Positions 22,739-25,394 of a DNA stretch of 25,394 bases are shown here, one piece after another. The position numbers and the translations under genes were made by a program. Origin of the DNA: Promethearchaeota archaeon (lineage in GTDB: Archaea > Asgardarchaeota > Lokiarchaeia > Sigyniarchaeales > SOKP01); NCBI GenBank assembly GCA_048939995.1, contig JBHLOY010000022.1:1-25394 (forward strand). The letters are read 5' to 3'. The notes under the pieces are model-generated. The model ran no database searches and was not told where the DNA came from. It saw only the letters and a program-made list of their open reading frames with translations. How positions within the stretch are numbered: the first letter of the stretch is position 1; each line of letters begins with the position of its first letter.

Positions 22739-23626
22739 TTATCTTTTCATCATATAGGCTTTAAGTTCAGATATAGCTGTTCTTAAATCTTTTTTTCCCA
22801 TAATTTTTTCTAATTCAGAATAATTAGTAGCAAGAGATCGGTCAATTTTTTGTTCTGGTTTATAAATTTTTTCGATCTTCAATTCTTTTTCAAATGTATC
22901 ATTAAATATATTCATTAATTGATATTTATTTACTGTATTATTTGGTATATAGTGGTGTAGATAAGACTTTTCGATTAAATCTTCATAGTTATTCAAAGAA
23001 ATTATTTTTTCAGATAATTGAGCAAATTGAAGTGTAGTAATGCCATTCCAAATATGGTGTTCAAATCCTCCAATTGTTCCCCCTTTGGGTTGACTTAAAA
23101 ACCATTCTAATAAAAAACTTTCTTGCTTTTTAAGTTCAGGGCCAATAATAGAACATCTAATTATTAGCACTGATCTATCAAATACTTCACCAAGACTTTT
23201 TGACTTTCCATAAACATCTAATGGATCATGGGGGTCGTCTTCAGTATAATTTCCTCTCTTTCCAGAATAAACACAGTCAGTTCCAATTTGAATGACTTTA
23301 ATATTATACTTTCTGGTATAACTAGCTAATTTCCACGGAAAATCGGCATTTATTAAGATAGCTCTTTTAACACCTTCAGGATCATTATCTTTAGAGAAAG
23401 GTTTCGTTATTCCTATGCAATTAATAAGATAATCTATTTTCAAACCGACAAATTCTGGCTTTTCCAGCTGGGAAATATCGTAAGCATCAAAAAGAATTAT
23501 GTTCTCTTTTAAATATTTGACATTTCTAACAGTGCCATAAACCCTCAAATTTGGATTTTTAGATAGGTAGTCAAAAACCACCGATCCTAACATACCACTT
23601 GCACCCAGAACTAAAACATTTCTCAT
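22739..23626 (-). CDS. RmlD-like NDP-4-keto-6-deoxyhexose reductase (QnlA/WbvR-like)
   Basis: LGASGMLG, INCIG, GTDCVYSG, YGKSKSLGE, RCSIIGPE, LLEWFL and WNGITT motifs. ATG 23626 is preferred over the track's GTG 23638 because GGAGTGA lies 8 nt upstream of it. Confidence 0.85.
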   Translation of the reverse strand: MRNVLVLGASGMLGSVVFDYLSKNPNLRVYGTVRNVKYLKENIILFDAYDISQLEKPEFVGLKIDYLINCIGITKPFSKDNDPEGVKRAILINADFPWKLASYTRKYNIKVIQIGTDCVYSGKRGNYTEDDPHDPLDVYGKSKSLGEVFDRSVLIIRCSIIGPELKKQESFLLEWFLSQPKGGTIGGFEHHIWNGITTLQFAQLSEKIISLNNYEDLIEKSYLHHYIPNNTVNKYQLMNIFNDTFEKELKIEKIYKPEQKIDRSLATNYSELEKIMGKKDLRTAISELKAYMMKR

Positions 23627-23655
23627 TTTAACTTTCACTCCATATTAGGTTAAGA

Positions 23656-25056
23656 TTAGCGATTTTCTACTTCCCATATCTGCTTTCCCCAGTAATCAGC
23701 CGGAAACCTATAATCATCCCCTTTACTCTCTTCTAATGAACTTGTGGAAAAAAATATTACACGAGTATCTTCTTCTAATGGTCTAAATCCATTTGCATAT
23801 CTAGGAGGTATAAATAAAATTTGAGGATGTTTATCAGACAAAATATACCGATTAACATTCTGATGCTTTGAAGGTGATTTAAAGTCATCTAACTTTACAG
23901 CAGCTACAATAGCGGAACCTTTTGCGATATATACATATTTTGCTTCATTCATATGCCCATGAAATGCCCGAATTGTCGATGTACTAAAATTTTGAACTTG
24001 ATAAAAACGTTTAACTCCATAAAAGTTGAAATCGTTAGCAAAATTTAAATATCCTCTGTCATCTACCGCAATACCACCTTCTATTAACTGCAACTCTCTC
24101 TTTCCAATAGTCTCGTTTATTTTTATTCTTTCTGCTAATTTTAAGTTAGAATAAATCCCCTTATGAAAATCTTCCACTGTGGGAGATTCAATTATTTCTT
24201 TAACAGCATACTCGATGTCATAATTGAATTCAAAACCAGTTTTCATTATCTTGGCACTATCTACCATGTAACTTCTCTTATCTACAATATTTTTATTAAT
24301 CTCGATATTACAACCTGTGATTTCTTTAACAATTTCTCCTAATCTCATCAAACTTAGATTTTCACCGCGAATATTATATATTCCGTGTAAATTCTTCTTA
24401 ATAACGTGAGCTACAGCTCTTGAGATATCGCGAATATGTACAAATGGGCGTTCTTGTTCTCCTCCAAAAACCGTTATATTTTTGAATTTCTGAGCTCTTG
24501 CTGCAAATGAATTCACAACTAGATCATAGCGCATTCTCGGACTTAATCCATATGCCGTACCTAACCTTAGAATACAATAATCATCACTGCATATTTCTCT
24601 TATAAGGCGCTCTTGGGTATATTTAGTTTGACCATAGAAATCAATAGGGAAACCCTCATCTTCTTCCTTCACAACGATATTAGGTTCACTTCCATAAATA
24701 CTGCATGTACTAATATGTATAATAAACTTCTTCAACTTTTTACAAATTTCAGCAACATTTCGAGTACCTGAGCAATTTATATCAATAGCTAATCCAGTGT
24801 CTATTAGGCAAGCAGGATCTCCTACAATTGCTGCTAGATTTACTATAATATCGTAGCCTTTTACTATCTTTTCTAGTTTATCTCTATTTCTTACATCTTC
24901 CTCGATGAATAGATTTGGAGGAGAAAGATCTCTATAAAGATGATTGTCAAAAATATCAACCTCCCATCCCTCTTGTTTAATAATTTCGAATAATACACTT
25001 CCGATATATCCAAGTCCACCTATTAATAAGACTTTATTTGGCATTCTTCTTTCCAT
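23656..25056 (-). CDS. NAD-dependent epimerase/dehydratase (extended SDR) fused to a C-terminal RmlC/FdtA-like cupin
   Basis: GGLGYIG, NLAAIVGDPAC, STCSIYG, YGQTK and RPFVHIRD motifs. The C-terminal ~145 aa contain DDRG, RAFHGH..E and ILFIPP.YANGF (cupin epimerase/isomerase). Confidence 0.85.
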   Translation of the reverse strand: MERRMPNKVLLIGGLGYIGSVLFEIIKQEGWEVDIFDNHLYRDLSPPNLFIEEDVRNRDKLEKIVKGYDIIVNLAAIVGDPACLIDTGLAIDINCSGTRNVAEICKKLKKFIIHISTCSIYGSEPNIVVKEEDEGFPIDFYGQTKYTQERLIREICSDDYCILRLGTAYGLSPRMRYDLVVNSFAARAQKFKNITVFGGEQERPFVHIRDISRAVAHVIKKNLHGIYNIRGENLSLMRLGEIVKEITGCNIEINKNIVDKRSYMVDSAKIMKTGFEFNYDIEYAVKEIIESPTVEDFHKGIYSNLKLAERIKINETIGKRELQLIEGGIAVDDRGYLNFANDFNFYGVKRFYQVQNFSTSTIRAFHGHMNEAKYVYIAKGSAIVAAVKLDDFKSPSKHQNVNRYILSDKHPQILFIPPRYANGFRPLEEDTRVIFFSTSSLEESKGDDYRFPADYWGKQIWEVENR

Positions 25057-25394
25057 TAACTTTTAATTCATTAGATTCATAAAATCAAAAATCACTTCTT
25101 ATTACTATTTTAAATTCTACTAATAATAAAAATTAAATCAATTTTCAATTTATTAAAGAGTTTTAGAATATGATCTATAAATTTTTAACTAAATTAAGGA
25201 ATAATAGAGAAGCAAATCCGAGTCAATGAAATGTTAAACAATACTGCCTTGTAATTTACTTTTGCTTTCAGAATTTTTATTACCTTCATTTAGAAATCTT
25301 TCCTTCTTCAGTTAGATATTAAATTTTATATTGAAGGTAAATTTTTTAATATTTAGCACATGAATTATTTAAAATCTTAAAATTATCTTATTGC

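Noticed and set aside
25187-25340. 31-codon minus-strand ORF (MKVIKILKAKVNYKAVLFNISLTRICFSIIP) and a 9-bp inverted repeat TTACCTTCA/TGAAGGTAA (25280-25288, 25332-25340)
   Set aside because: The ORF has no clear SD or motif. The inverted repeat is short, with no target-site duplication or transposase nearby.

Overview
Very AT-rich, gene-dense prokaryotic window with no rRNA, tRNA, CRISPR array or mobile element that I can see. The gene content points to an Asgard archaeon, probably Lokiarchaeia-like (inference from content only): Rab-like and Arf-like small GTPases, roadblock and longin-like domains, a eukaryote-type E1, a UPF0280 protein and GGTG-type Shine-Dalgarno motifs. Positions 2.7-16.3 kb carry several eukaryotic-signature proteins interleaved with metabolic genes. 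These are a Uba3/Uba2-like ubiquitin-like-protein activating enzyme, a 1646-aa protein built from 14 MIT/TPR-like three-helix repeats on a ~115-aa period, a Rab-like GTPase, and a roadblock + longin-GTPase gene pair whose GTPase appears to start at a non-canonical ATT codon. The interleaved metabolic genes are a corrinoid activator and an aspartokinase. Positions 17.1-25.1 kb form a surface-glycosylation cluster: a GT-C-like membrane protein, a GT2 and NDP-sugar epimerases/reductases resembling the UDP-L-QuiNAc/L-FucNAc pathway. The best candidates for an undescribed system are the E1 + giant MIT-like array locus and the roadblock/longin-GTPase module. All family calls come from motif recognition by eye; no searches were run.
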